Shown here piece by piece: positions 51,645 through 61,503 of a DNA stretch of 64,000 nt. The stretch lies in NCBI GenBank assembly GCA_963782055.1, contig CAWAIF010000003.1, positions 3,936,001-4,000,000 on the forward strand, written 5' to 3'. The notes under the pieces were generated by a model. The model was not told the origin of the DNA. It did no database searches and saw only the letters and a list, made by a program, of their open reading frames with translations. Origin of the DNA: an uncultured delta proteobacterium. GTDB lineage: Bacteria; Myxococcota_A; Polyangia; Polyangiales; Polyangiaceae. Numbering within the stretch: position 1 is the stretch's first letter; each line of letters starts with the position of its first letter. A program made the position numbers and the translations under genes.

Positions 51645-54483
51645 GGACCCGGGCCAGGAAGACGCCGGTGTGGCTCTCCGCCACTCGCGCCACCGCCTCC
51701 GGCGTACCCTCCGCGACGACGCGGCCGCCGGCGTCGCCGCCCTCCGGTCCGAGGTCGATCACCCAGTCGGCGTTCTTGATGACGTCCAGGTGGTGCTCGA
51801 TGACGATGACGGTGTTGCCGGCGTCGACCAGGCGGTGGAGCACCGCGAGGAGCTTCTCCACGTCGCCGAAGTGCAGGCCGGTCGTCGGCTCGTCCAGCAC
51901 GTAGACGGTGCGGCCGGTGGCCACGCGGGAGAGCTCGCGGGAGAGCTTGATGCGCTGCGCCTCGCCGCCGGACAGCGTCGGCGAGGGCTGGCCCAGCTTG
52001 ACGTAGCCCAGGCCCACGTCGTCCAGCGTCCGGAGCGCGCGCACGATCTCCCGGTGCACCGCGAAGTGCTCCAGCGCCTCGCGCACGCTCATCTCCAGCA
52101 CGTCGGCGATGCTCTTTTCCTTGTACTTCACGCGCAGCGTCGCCTCGTTGAAGCGGCGGCCGTGGCACTCCTCGCACGTGACGTAGACGTCGGGCAGGAA
52201 GTGCATCTCCACCGTGCGCAGGCCGTCCCCGCCGCACGCCTCGCACCGGCCGCCCTTCACGTTGAAGGAGAAGCGGCCGGGGCCGTAGCCGTACTTGCGG
52301 GCCTCCGGCGTGCGGGCGAAGAGATCGCGCACGTGGCCCCAGAGCTTGGTGTACGTCGCCGGGTTGCTGCGCGGCGTGCGGCCGATGGGCTGCTGGTCGA
52401 TGGCGATGATCTTGTCGACGTGCTCGATCCCCGTCACCCGCTTGTGCGCGCCGACCGGGACGTGCGCCTCGTGCAGCGCCCGCGCGAGCGCCGGGTAGAG
52501 GATGCGGTTGACGAGCGTGGACTTTCCCGCGCCGGAGACGCCGGTGACGGCGACCAGGGTGCCGAGCGGGATGCGCACCGTCACCTTCTTCAGGTTGTGC
52601 TCCGACGCGCCGGTGACGGTGAGGGCGGTCTTGCGGCCGGGCCGGCGCTCCGCCGGCGTGGCGATGCGCCTGCGCCCGGCGAGGTAGTCGCCGGTGAGCG
52701 AGCCGGGCGTCCGCATGACCTCCCGCGGGGTGCCCTGCGCCACCACCTCGCCGCCGAGCGCGCCCGCGCCGGGGCCGAAGTCGATGAGCCAGTCGGCGGC
52801 GCGCATGGTCTCCTCGTCGTGCTCCACCACCACGACCGAGTTGCCGAGGTCGCGCAGCCGCTCCAGCGTGGCGAGCAGGCGCGCGTTGTCGCGCTGGTGC
52901 AGGCCGATGGAGGGCTCGTCCAGGACGTAGATGACGCCCTCCAGCTCGCTCCCGATCTGCGAGGCGAGGCGGATGCGCTGGCTCTCCCCGCCGGAGAGGG
53001 TGCCGGCGGCGCGGTCGAGGGTCAGGTAGTCCAGGCCCACGTCCACCAGGAAGCCCAGGCGCGCCTGGATCTCCTTGATCACCTCCTCGGTGATGGCGGC
53101 CTCCGCGCCGGTGGCGCCCGCCGCGGCGAAGAAGCGGCGCGCCTCGCCCACGGTGCCGCCGGTGACCGCGTCGATCGACTGCCCGCTGAAGCGCACCGCC
53201 AGGCTCTCCGGCCGCAGCCGCTTGCCCTCGCAGTCGGGGCAGCGCTTCTCCGAGAGGTAGCGCATGTAGTATGCACGCATCTCGTCGCTGGTCGCCGACT
53301 TGAAGCGGCGCATGAGCATGGGCGCGAGGCCCTCCCAGTCCCACTGCCGCGTGGAGCTGCCCCACATGACCGCCTCGCGAGAGGCCTTCGGCAGGTCCTT
53401 CCACGGCGTGGTCATGCTCACCCGCAGGCTGCGCAGCAGGCTCTGCACCCAGTCCGCCTTCCAGCCCTCCCCGCGCGCCATCGACGCGGCCCACACCGCG
53501 ATGGCGCCGTCGCGGATGGAGAGGTCCGGACGCGTCACGATGAGGTCGGGGTCCATCTCCGGGCGGGAGCCCAGGCCGTTGCACGACGGGCACGCGCCCT
53601 GCGGCGCGTTGAAGGAGAAGCTGGGCGGGGAGAGCTCGGGGAAGGAGACGCCGCAGTGCTCGCAGGCGTTGCGCTGGCTCATCACGCGGTCGCCCTCCGG
53701 CGTGGCCACGATCAGGATCCCCTGCCCCTCGCGCAGCGCGGTCTCCACCGAGTCGGTGAGGCGGGCGCCGTCGCCCGGGACGACGATGCGGTCGACGACG
53801 ATCTCCAGATCGTGCTTGGCCTTCTTGTCGAGCGGCGGGAGCTTCTCCCCGAGGTCCACCACGCGGCCGTCGATGCGCATGCGGACGAAGCCGCGCTTGC
53901 GCGCGCCGTCGATCACGCCGTCGTGCTCGCCCTTCCGGTTGCGCACCAGGGGCGCGAGGATCTGCGCCTTCGTCCCGGCGGGCATCGCCTGGATGGCGCG
54001 GACGATCTGCTCGGCGGTCTGCGCGCCGACGCGGCGGCCGCACCGGTGGCAGTGCTGCACGCCGGCGCGCGCCCAGAGCACGCGCATGTAGTCGTAGACC
54101 TCGGTGACGGTGCCGACGGTGGAGCGCGGGTTGTTGGACGCCGACTTCTGCTCGATGGCGATGGTCGGCGAGAGGCCGCGGATGGTGTCGTACCTGGGCT
54201 TCTCCATCTGCCCGAGGAACTGCCGGGCGTAGCTGGAGAGGCTCTCCACGTAGCGGCGCTGGCCCTCGGCGTAGAGGGTGTCGAAGGCGAGCGACGACTT
54301 GCCGCTGCCCGACGGGCCGGTCACGACGACGAGCTTCTGCTTCGGGATGCGGACGGTGACGTTCTTGAGGTTGTGCTCGCGCGCGCCGCGGATGACGATC
54401 GCGTCGTGGGCGCGCGCCGTCGCCTTCTCCGGCTTCGGAGCGCTGCCCTTCCCCGCGCGAGGTGCTTCGTGCGCGAGCGTCAC
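51601..54483 (-). CDS. uvrA: Excinuclease ABC subunit A
   Basis: [32 protein letters not shown], zinc fingers, two LSGGE signatures, GVSGAGKST. Confidence 0.97.
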   Translation of the reverse strand: MTLAHEAPRAGKGSAPKPEKATARAHDAIVIRGAREHNLKNVTVRIPKQKLVVVTGPSGSGKSSLAFDTLYAEGQRRYVESLSSYARQFLGQMEKPRYDTIRGLSPTIAIEQKSASNNPRSTVGTVTEVYDYMRVLWARAGVQHCHRCGRRVGAQTAEQIVRAIQAMPAGTKAQILAPLVRNRKGEHDGVIDGARKRGFVRMRIDGRVVDLGEKLPPLDKKAKHDLEIVVDRIVVPGDGARLTDSVETALREGQGILIVATPEGDRVMSQRNACEHCGVSFPELSPPSFSFNAPQGACPSCNGLGSRPEMDPDLIVTRPDLSIRDGAIAVWAASMARGEGWKADWVQSLLRSLRVSMTTPWKDLPKASREAVMWGSSTRQWDWEGLAPMLMRRFKSATSDEMRAYYMRYLSEKRCPDCEGKRLRPESLAVRFSGQSIDAVTGGTVGEARRFFAAAGATGAEAAITEEVIKEIQARLGFLVDVGLDYLTLDRAAGTLSGGESQRIRLASQIGSELEGVIYVLDEPSIGLHQRDNARLLATLERLRDLGNSVVVVEHDEETMRAADWLIDFGPGAGALGGEVVAQGTPREVMRTPGSLTGDYLAGRRRIATPAERRPGRKTALTVTGASEHNLKKVTVRIPLGTLVAVTGVSGAGKSTLVNRILYPALARALHEAHVPVGAHKRVTGIEHVDKIIAIDQQPIGRTPRSNPATYTKLWGHVRDLFARTPEARKYGYGPGRFSFNVKGGRCEACGGDGLRTVEMHFLPDVYVTCEECHGRRFNEATLRVKYKEKSIADVLEMSVREALEHFAVHREIVRALRTLDDVGLGYVKLGQPSPTLSGGEAQRIKLSRELSRVATGRTVYVLDEPTTGLHFGDVEKLLAVLHRLVDAGNTVIVIEHHLDVIKNADWVIDLGPEGGDAGGRVVAEGTPEAVARVAESHTGVFLARVLTPQPPLPHGRGGA
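51608..51646. repeat. REP-like palindromic element in the hisA/uvrA convergent overlap
   Basis: CCCCCTCTCCC-GTGA-GGGAGAGGGGG (11-bp stem, GNRA loop) followed by CTGGGGGGTGAGG. Confidence 0.6.
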
Positions 54484-54490
54484 GCGGCGA

Positions 54491-54979
54491 TCACCCGAGG
54501 GCCTTCTCGATCGCCGCGCGCACCTCGGGCGCCTGCGGCTCCACCTGCGGCTCGAACCGGCCGAGGATCTCGCCGCGCTTGCCCACCAGGAACTTGTTGA
54601 AGTTCCACTTGATCTCGCCGGCGAAGTCGGGGTCGGTGTCCTTGCCGGTCAGGTACTGGAAGAGCGGGTGGATCCCCTCGCCCTTGACCACGACCTTGCC
54701 GAACATGTCGAACTTCACGCCGAACTTGGTCTCGCAGAACTGCTTGATCTCGTCGTTCGCTCCCGGCTCCTGCGCGCCGAACTCGTTGGCGGGGAAGCCG
54801 AGCACGCGCAGGCCCTTCGGCCCGTACTCCTCGTGGAGTTTCTCCAGGGCCTCGTACTGCGGGGTGAGCCCGCACTGCGAGGCGACGTTGACGATGAGCA
54901 GCACCTTGCCGTCGTAGTCGGCGAGCTTCTTGTCGTCGCCGGTGATGGTCTTGGCGGAGAAGTCGTGAACGCTGGGCAT
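54491..54979 (-). CDS. Cys-type glutathione peroxidase
   Basis: NVASQCGLTPQY, GFPANEFGAQEP, WNFNKFL. Confidence 0.93.
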   Translation of the reverse strand: MPSVHDFSAKTITGDDKKLADYDGKVLLIVNVASQCGLTPQYEALEKLHEEYGPKGLRVLGFPANEFGAQEPGANDEIKQFCETKFGVKFDMFGKVVVKGEGIHPLFQYLTGKDTDPDFAGEIKWNFNKFLVGKRGEILGRFEPQVEPQAPEVRAAIEKALG

Positions 54980-55042
54980 CGAGCTCTGGCCTCCTTGTGG
55001 GGGCTTGGATGCTACGTCATCGCATCCGGATGCGCGACCGCG

Positions 55043-56020
55043 TCACACGCCGACCGGATGCCAGACCGTCTTGGTCTCCAGGAAGCGCTCGATCCACCCG
55101 AGACCCTGCCCCTTGCGCGGATCGCTCCAGCGCGCGCGGGCAGGATCATGCGTCTTGGTTCGCTTCACGTTGTCGGCGCCGAGGCGCTCCAGCTCGGTCC
55201 GGAGCTTCGGGTCGGCGATCCAGGCGTCCACGCCGATCACCTCGCGGTGCTTGGCGATGACCGGGGCGACCTCCGCCGCGCGGCCGGTGAGCACGTTGAG
55301 CACGCCGCCGGGCAGATCGCTGGTGGCGAGACCCTCGCAGAAGACGAGAGCGGTGCGCGGATCCGCCCCGCCGGCCAGGACGACGCAGGTGTTCCCCCCG
55401 GCGATCACCGGCAGGACCGTGGAGATCAGGCCGAGCAGCGCCGGGCGCTCCGGCGCGATCACGCCGACGACGCCCATCGGCTCGGGCACGCTGAAGCCGA
55501 AGTGCGGACCGGCGACCGGGTTGGAGGAGGCGACCAGCGCGTGGAATTTGTCGGCGAAGCCGGCGTAGAAGACGGCGCGGTCGATGCTCGCGTCCACCTC
55601 GGCGGCGGCGTCCTCGGCGCTCGCCCCGCCGCGCACCAGCGCGGTGTGCAGCTCGTCCCGGCGCGACTCCAGCATCTCCGCCAGGCGGTAGAGGATCTGC
55701 CCGCGGTTGAAGGGGGTACGCGCGGCCCAGCCGGCGCCCGCGTTGCGCGCGGCGAGGACCGCGTCGCGGACGTCCTTGCGGGAGCCGCGGGGCACGTTGA
55801 CGATCTCCGGGTCGGCGTTGGGCACGAGCGCGGCGCTCTTCACTTGAAAGTACCTCCCCGACTCGGAGCGCACGAAGGCTCCGCCCACGTACATCTTGTA
55901 GGCCTTGTTGACCGTCACGCGCGCGGGGAGGCGGAAGTCCCCCTCGTGCTTCACCAGCGGCGCGTGGCGCGGCAGGGCGACACCGTTGGTCCGGCGGCGG
56001 GTCCTCGTCTTGGTGCTCAT
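55043..56020 (-). CDS. Truncated aldehyde dehydrogenase-like protein (NAD-binding and oligomerisation part only)
   Basis: KMYVGGAFVRSESGR, EPMGVVGV, GGVLNVLTG, ETKTVWHP. No ELGG or catalytic-Cys segment. Confidence 0.85.
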   Translation of the reverse strand: MSTKTRTRRRTNGVALPRHAPLVKHEGDFRLPARVTVNKAYKMYVGGAFVRSESGRYFQVKSAALVPNADPEIVNVPRGSRKDVRDAVLAARNAGAGWAARTPFNRGQILYRLAEMLESRRDELHTALVRGGASAEDAAAEVDASIDRAVFYAGFADKFHALVASSNPVAGPHFGFSVPEPMGVVGVIAPERPALLGLISTVLPVIAGGNTCVVLAGGADPRTALVFCEGLATSDLPGGVLNVLTGRAAEVAPVIAKHREVIGVDAWIADPKLRTELERLGADNVKRTKTHDPARARWSDPRKGQGLGWIERFLETKTVWHPVGV

Positions 56021-56023
56021 GGC

Positions 56024-57550
56024 TCAGTCCAGCTCCACGTACGCCGCGAGGCCCTGGCGGCCGCCCTCGCGGCCGAAGCCGCTCTCCTTGTAGCCGCCGA
56101 AGGGAGAGCTCGGGTCGAACTTGTTGTAGGTGTTGCCCCAGACGACGCCCGCCTTGAGGCGCTGGGCCATCCAGAAGATCTTGGCGCCCTTGTCCGTCCA
56201 GATGCCGGCGGAGAGGCCGTACATGGTGTTGTTGGCCTTCTCCACGGCCTCCTGGGGCGTGCGGAAGGTCAGGACGCTCAGCACCGGGCCGAAGATCTCC
56301 TCCCGGGCGATGCGGCTGGACTGCGCCACGCCGGTGAAGAAGGTGGGCGGGAACCAGTAGCCGCGGCTCGGGAGCGAGCACGGCGCGCTGTAGCGCTCGG
56401 CGCCCTCGTGCTCGCCGGCCTTGACCAGCTCCTTGATGCGCTCCAGCTGCGCCTTGGAGTTGATGGCGCCGACGTCGGTGTTCTTGTCCAGCGGATCGCC
56501 GAGGCGCAGGGTGGCGACGCGATTGCGGAGCTTGCGGACGACCAGATCGTGCGCGCTCTCCTCCACCAGCAGGCGCGAGCCGGCGCAGCACACGTGCCCC
56601 TGGTTGAAGTAGATGCCGTTGACGATGCCCTCGATGGCCTGATCGATCGGCGCGTCGGCGAAGACGACGTTGGCCGCCTTGCCGCCCAGCTCGAGGGTCG
56701 CGCGCTTGTGCGTGCCGGCGATGGCCCGCTGGATGCGCTTGCCCACCTCCGTCGATCCGGTGAAGGCGACCTTGTCCACGTCGGGGTGCGAGGCGAGGGC
56801 GGCGCCGGTGGCCCCGAACCCGGTCACGATGTTGACCACGCCGGGCGGGAGCTCCGCTTCCTCCATGATCTCGGCGAGCATCAGCGCGGTGAGGGGCGTC
56901 GTCTCCGCCGGCTTGAGCACCACCGTGTTGCCGCACGCCAGCGCCGGCGCGATCTTCCAGGCCGCCATGAGCAGCGGGAAGTTCCAGGGGATGATCTGCC
57001 CGGCGACGCCGAGCGGCCGCACCTTGCGGCCGTGGAAGGCGTAGTCCAGCTTGTCCGCCCAGCCCGCGTGATAGAAGAAGTGCGCCGCGGCGAGCGGCAC
57101 GTCCACGTCGCGCGACTCCTTGATGGGCTTGCCGCCGTCCATCGACTCCACGATGGCGAGGGCGCGCGCCTTCTCCTGGATCGCCCGGGCGATGCGGAAG
57201 ATGTACTTCGCGCGCTCCGAGCCGGGCATCTTCGACCAGTACTTCGCGTAGGCGTGGCGCGCGGCGCGCACCGCCAGGTCGACGTCCTTCGCGTCGGCGT
57301 CGGCCACCTCGGCGAGCTTCTTCTCGGTCGAGGGGCTGATGCTGTCGAAGTACTTCTTCGACGTGGGCTTGTGCCACTTGCCGCCGATGAAGAGCTCGTA
57401 GCGCTTGGGAAGGACGACGTGGTCGGTCGCCTCGGGGGCGGGGGCGTAGTCCCAGGCGCGCCCGAAATCGAGCGCGGGCTCGTGTCCCTTCTTGGCCAGC
57501 CCCCCGTTGTGACCGGCGTGGCGTGCCAGCGATTTCTTTTCTTGCGACAT
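56024..57550 (-). CDS. Aldehyde dehydrogenase
   Basis: IPWNFP, KPAE, FTGSTEVG, LELGGK, FNQGHVCCAG, EEIFGPV, PFGGYKESGFGRE. Confidence 0.95.
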   Translation of the reverse strand: MSQEKKSLARHAGHNGGLAKKGHEPALDFGRAWDYAPAPEATDHVVLPKRYELFIGGKWHKPTSKKYFDSISPSTEKKLAEVADADAKDVDLAVRAARHAYAKYWSKMPGSERAKYIFRIARAIQEKARALAIVESMDGGKPIKESRDVDVPLAAAHFFYHAGWADKLDYAFHGRKVRPLGVAGQIIPWNFPLLMAAWKIAPALACGNTVVLKPAETTPLTALMLAEIMEEAELPPGVVNIVTGFGATGAALASHPDVDKVAFTGSTEVGKRIQRAIAGTHKRATLELGGKAANVVFADAPIDQAIEGIVNGIYFNQGHVCCAGSRLLVEESAHDLVVRKLRNRVATLRLGDPLDKNTDVGAINSKAQLERIKELVKAGEHEGAERYSAPCSLPSRGYWFPPTFFTGVAQSSRIAREEIFGPVLSVLTFRTPQEAVEKANNTMYGLSAGIWTDKGAKIFWMAQRLKAGVVWGNTYNKFDPSSPFGGYKESGFGREGGRQGLAAYVELD

Positions 57551-57556
57551 GTTCGG

Positions 57557-58510
57557 TCAGTCCTTGGAGAAGTCTTCGACCGCCTGGTACGAGCCGGTGC
57601 GCTCCTTCTCGATCTGCATGAGGATGTCGTTGAGCAGCGTGCTCGCGCCGAAGCGGAAGAGGTCTGGCGTGAGCCACGCGTCCCCGAGCGTCTCCTTGAC
57701 GATGACGAGGTAGTGGAGCGACTGCTTGGCGGTGCGAATGCCGCCGGCGGGCTTCATCCCCACGCGCCGGCCGGTGGCGTAGTAGTGATCGCGAATCGCC
57801 TCCAGCATCACCAGCGTCACGGCGGGGGTGGCGGCCGGGGAGATCTTGCCGGTGGAGGTCTTGATGAAGTCGCCCCCTGCGGCGATGCCAATCTCGCTCG
57901 CCTTGCGCACGACATCGTAGCTGCCGAGCTCGCCGGTCTCCAGGATGACCTTGAGGTGCGCGTCGCCGCACGCCTCCTTGACGGCGGCGATCTCGTCGAA
58001 GACCTTGCGGTAGTCCCCCGCGAGCATCGCCCCCCGGTCGATCACCATGTCGATCTCGTCGGCGCCCATCTCCACGGCGCGGCGGACGTCGTCCAGCTTG
58101 ACCGGGAGGGGCGACTGGCCGCCCGGAAACGCGGTGGCCACGCTCGCCACCTTCACCTTGCTGCCGGCCAGGGTGCGCTTCGCCACCGGGACGAGGTTGG
58201 GGTACACGCACACCGCGGCGACAGGGCCGATGCTCGGGTCGGCGTCGAGGGGGGAGAGCGCCTTGTGGCACATCTGCCGGACCTTGCCGGGGGTGTCCTT
58301 CCCCTCCAGGGTGGTGAGGTCCATCATCCGGACCGCGAGCTTCAGGCCGGCCACCTTCGCGGCCTTCTTGATGGAGCGCTTGCCCAGGGCGGCGACGCGC
58401 GCCTCGACCGCGACCTGATCCACCGGGGGAGAGGCCGGGTTGAAGGTGGAGGGGGCGCCGAACTGCGAGGTGCGCTTCGGCTGCGAACGGCTGGGGATGG
58501 CGAGGGTCAC
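57557..58510 (-). CDS. deoC: Deoxyribose-phosphate aldolase
   Basis: DLTTLEG, AVCVYP, GADEIDMV, LKVILETGEL, FIKTSTGK, GMKPAGGI, FRFGAS. Confidence 0.95.
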   Translation of the reverse strand: MTLAIPSRSQPKRTSQFGAPSTFNPASPPVDQVAVEARVAALGKRSIKKAAKVAGLKLAVRMMDLTTLEGKDTPGKVRQMCHKALSPLDADPSIGPVAAVCVYPNLVPVAKRTLAGSKVKVASVATAFPGGQSPLPVKLDDVRRAVEMGADEIDMVIDRGAMLAGDYRKVFDEIAAVKEACGDAHLKVILETGELGSYDVVRKASEIGIAAGGDFIKTSTGKISPAATPAVTLVMLEAIRDHYYATGRRVGMKPAGGIRTAKQSLHYLVIVKETLGDAWLTPDLFRFGASTLLNDILMQIEKERTGSYQAVEDFSKD

Positions 58511-58559
58511 GCGCCGCAAAATATCACCGCTCGGCTCCCACCCGCGGGAAAAGATCCCC

Positions 58560-59093
58560 TCACTTCCACTTCACGGTGCACCCGACGGGCTGCGTCTCGA
58601 CCGCCGGGGGCTCCTTGCCGGCGAGCAAGGCGTCCAGGGCGCTGGTCAGGTCGGGCGAGCGGACCTGCGTGGCGTCGCGGTGGTTGTCGTCGATGCGGCC
58701 GTGGTAGCGGAGGCGGCGCGCCCGGTCGAAGACGAACACCTCGGGCGTGAAGCGCGCGCCCAGTGACCTGACGAACCCCTGGGAGTCGTCGCGCAGGTAG
58801 GGGAAGTCGAAGCCGCGCTCCTTCGCCCGCTCGACCATGTGCGCCATGTCGTCCTGGACGTAGTGGTCCGCATCGTTGGCGTTGACCGCCACCAGCGCCA
58901 CCCCCTTCGGCCCGTACTCGCGGGAGACGCGCAGCATGCGGTCCTCCCAGGCGATGACGTACGGGCAGTGGTTGCACGAGACGATGACGACCAGCAGCTC
59001 CCTGTCGGCGAAGTCACCGAGGGCGTGCGTCTTGCCATCGGTGCCGGGCAGCTCGAAGTCCGGACACGGCGACCCCAGCGCGAGCGTCTTCAT
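58560..59093 (-). CDS. Peroxiredoxin-like (AhpC/TSA) thioredoxin-fold protein
   Basis: PDFELPGTDG, CNHCPYV, FPYLRD, TPEVFVFD, YHGRIDD, GCTVKWK. Confidence 0.88.
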   Translation of the reverse strand: MKTLALGSPCPDFELPGTDGKTHALGDFADRELLVVIVSCNHCPYVIAWEDRMLRVSREYGPKGVALVAVNANDADHYVQDDMAHMVERAKERGFDFPYLRDDSQGFVRSLGARFTPEVFVFDRARRLRYHGRIDDNHRDATQVRSPDLTSALDALLAGKEPPAVETQPVGCTVKWK

Positions 59094-59205
59094 GTGGGGT
59101 CGCTTACCACACGAGGCGGCGGGTGCCCGCCCGGCACAAACGGCGCGAGCCCCGCGGCGCAACGCAGCGGGGCTCGGCGACGTCTCGGCCCGCGAGCGCG
59201 GGACC

Positions 59206-59439
59206 TCACGAACGCGGCGGGGCGGCGTCCATCTTGGCGCGCTTGCGGCGGCGCCGCGCGGCCTCTGCCTGCTTCTTGCGGCGCTTGACGCTCGGCTTCA
59301 TGTAGTGGCGGCGCATCTTGAGCTCGCGCAGCACGCCCTCCGAAGCAAGCTTGCGCTTGAGCATCTTGATGGCGCGCTCGATGCCCCGGTCGCTCACGAC
59401 GACCTCGAGGGGCTTGCACTGGATCGCTTCACTCGGCAT
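59206..59439 (-). CDS. rpsU: 30S ribosomal protein S21
   Basis: IERAIKMLKRK...GVLRELKMRRHYMKPSVKRRKK..A.RR. Confidence 0.93.
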   Translation of the reverse strand: MPSEAIQCKPLEVVVSDRGIERAIKMLKRKLASEGVLRELKMRRHYMKPSVKRRKKQAEAARRRRKRAKMDAAPPRS

Positions 59440-59603
59440 CGACTGTTCTCCACGACGGACCCGCGGCCTGGGCGCGCGGGTACGAAACTGCAAGGGCCGG
59501 CACTCGTAGCACGCCCGCCCGCGGCACGCCAAGCCCGTTTCGAGGGGGCCAGGCGGGGGTTTTCAGGGGCCGGACGGGCCGGGGAAGGGGGGCCGGAGCC
59601 AAA

Positions 59604-60023
59604 TCAGGCGGCGAAGTAGGTCGTCGCGCGCTTCTCGCCCTTCTTCCGGAGCGCCTTCTTCCCCAGACCGTGCGCCACCGGGCGGGCCAGCTCCTTGCGG
59701 GCAAGGCCGAGCTTCTTCTGGATCTCCTCCCCCCGGAGGCCCTTGGGGTTCTGCTTCAGCAGCGTGACGACGGACGCCAGGACCTTCTCCAGCTGGTCCG
59801 GCGAGCGGCGCTTCAGGCGGCCACCCTTGCGGCGACCTGCCCCCCGCGCGCGCCGGGCGGGAGCGGCGGCCTCGGCCGCGGGGCGCTTCTTCGCGGCGCC
59901 CGCGTGCCCGGGACGGCTCTCGGCCACGATGTCCTCGAGCGACGCGCCGCGCAGCGCCAGCAGCACATCGTGCGCGAACTGGCTGGCAAGCGACTCGAGG
60001 GTCCGATGAAGATCGTTCGACAT
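59604..60023 (-). CDS. Small basic DNA-binding (winged-helix-like) protein
   Basis: N-terminal helix, Ala/Arg/Lys-rich linker, C-terminal GLRGEEIQKKLGLARKEL...KKGEKRATTYF. Confidence 0.7.
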   Translation of the reverse strand: MSNDLHRTLESLASQFAHDVLLALRGASLEDIVAESRPGHAGAAKKRPAAEAAAPARRARGAGRRKGGRLKRRSPDQLEKVLASVVTLLKQNPKGLRGEEIQKKLGLARKELARPVAHGLGKKALRKKGEKRATTYFAA

Positions 60024-60130
60024 GCGTTTGCCAATACTGACTTGCGTGCAACCGCGTCAAGGACAGCTTCGTAAAAATTGACTGTGCATTTTGGCATCTG
60101 GTGATGAGACCCACTGCACGCTGTCGCTTG

Positions 60131-60213
60131 TGCCGAAGGAGGGGGTCGAACCCTCACGCCCTTTCGGACGGCGGATTTTGAATCCGCTGCGTCTGCCATT
60201 CCGCCACTTCGGC
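60131..60213 (-). tRNA. tRNA-Leu(CAA)
   Basis: Reverse complement GCCGAAG...GCGGA-TTCAAAA-TCCGC, long variable arm, GGTTCGACCC, CTTCGGC-A. CCA not encoded. Confidence 0.95.
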
Positions 60214-60361
60214 CGCTCGGGCCGGCCGGTTTAGCACGGACGCGCGGCCGCCGAAAATCGTGACATGCGCCCGTCGCGCGCGGCCCCAGCGCCGCAGCGC
60301 CGGGCGTCCACGTGCCCTTGGGCCGGCCTCCGGTCAGTCGCCTTCGGCCCCTGTCCGGGCC

Positions 60362-61444
60362 TCAGGCGAGGAGGCCCGGTCGCGCCGCGCGCCGCGAGTC
60401 CTCCGGACCCACCGCGGGGGCGCCTTCCTCCTGCATCGGCGGCACGGGGTCCACGCGCGTGCGCGCGCTGGCCTCCGCCACCCACGCGCGCCGCCGCTCG
60501 GCCTCGCAGGCGAAGAGGGTCTGCATGACCTCCGCGACGTCCGCCGCGCCGAGCTCGCGGCCCTCCAGGCGCGCGCATGCGTCCAGGTCGACCGCCATCT
60601 CCGCGGCGTTGCGGTACCGCCGCGCGGGGTCCTTCTGCAGCGCGCGTCGCACCACGCGCCACAGCGGGCGCGGGTAGCCCATCACCAGCGTGGTGGGGTC
60701 GGGCACGCGTGCCTCGTGCACGGCGAGCAGCGTCGATACGTTGTCCTTGCGCTTGAAGAGTCGTCTGTCGGTCGACATCTCCCAGAGCATGATGCCCAGC
60801 GCGAAGACGTCGGTGCGCCGGTCCACCGGGGCGCTCGCCGCCTGCTCGGGCGACATGTACGCTAGCTTACCCTTCACGACGCCGCCCGCCGTGCGCGCCA
60901 CGCGCCCGCGCGCCTTGGCGAGCCCGAAGTCGATGAGCTTCAGCTCACCATCGTAGGTGAGCAGCACGTTGCTCGGGGTGACGTCGCGGTGCACCAGCCC
61001 GAGGGGCTCGCCGGCCGGGCCGCGCAGCTCGTGGGCGTGGTGCAGCGCCTCGGCGGCGCGCGCGCCGACCCACGCGAGCATGTCGTAGCGAAGACGCGAC
61101 TTGCGCATCCGGCAGACGTCCCACACCTCCCAGAGCGACTGCCCGAGCAGCAACTCCATCGCGTAGTAGAGGCGGTTGCCTTCCCTGCCCGTCGCGTAGA
61201 CGCGGACGATCCCCGGGTGCGAGAGGCGCGTCACCAGGCTGGCCTCGTCGAGGAACATGTCGACGAACTCGCGGACGGTGGAAAATTCGTCCTTGATCAC
61301 CTTCAGCGCGGCGAGCTCCGGCAGACCGCCCCCGGGCTCCGAGAGCTTGCCCAGGTACACCGTCGCCATTCCGCCCTCGGCGATCTTGGCGACCACGTCG
61401 TAACGACCGAGTCGGGCGGGCGGCGGCAGCTTCAAAGGCGGCAC
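60362..61444 (-). CDS. Hanks-type Ser/Thr protein kinase (cytoplasmic)
   Basis: IAEGGMATVY, AALK, HRDVTPSN, DFGLAK, GKLAYMSPEQ. Confidence 0.9.
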   Translation of the reverse strand: MPPLKLPPPARLGRYDVVAKIAEGGMATVYLGKLSEPGGGLPELAALKVIKDEFSTVREFVDMFLDEASLVTRLSHPGIVRVYATGREGNRLYYAMELLLGQSLWEVWDVCRMRKSRLRYDMLAWVGARAAEALHHAHELRGPAGEPLGLVHRDVTPSNVLLTYDGELKLIDFGLAKARGRVARTAGGVVKGKLAYMSPEQAASAPVDRRTDVFALGIMLWEMSTDRRLFKRKDNVSTLLAVHEARVPDPTTLVMGYPRPLWRVVRRALQKDPARRYRNAAEMAVDLDACARLEGRELGAADVAEVMQTLFACEAERRRAWVAEASARTRVDPVPPMQEEGAPAVGPEDSRRAARPGLLA

Positions 61445-61503
61445 GCCAAGAAGCTATCATCGGCGGCCGGAGCCAAGCTCCTGCTTCTGATAAGGTCGAA
61501 CCC

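Noticed and set aside
54491..54979. Selenocysteine glutathione peroxidase
   Set aside because: The active site is encoded as Cys (SQCG), with no in-frame TGA.
54278..58750. 1490-aa plus-strand ORF and other long Arg/Gly/Ala-rich ORFs in the track
   Set aside because: Stop-poor antisense or off-frame shadows expected at this GC content, each overlapping a well-supported gene.
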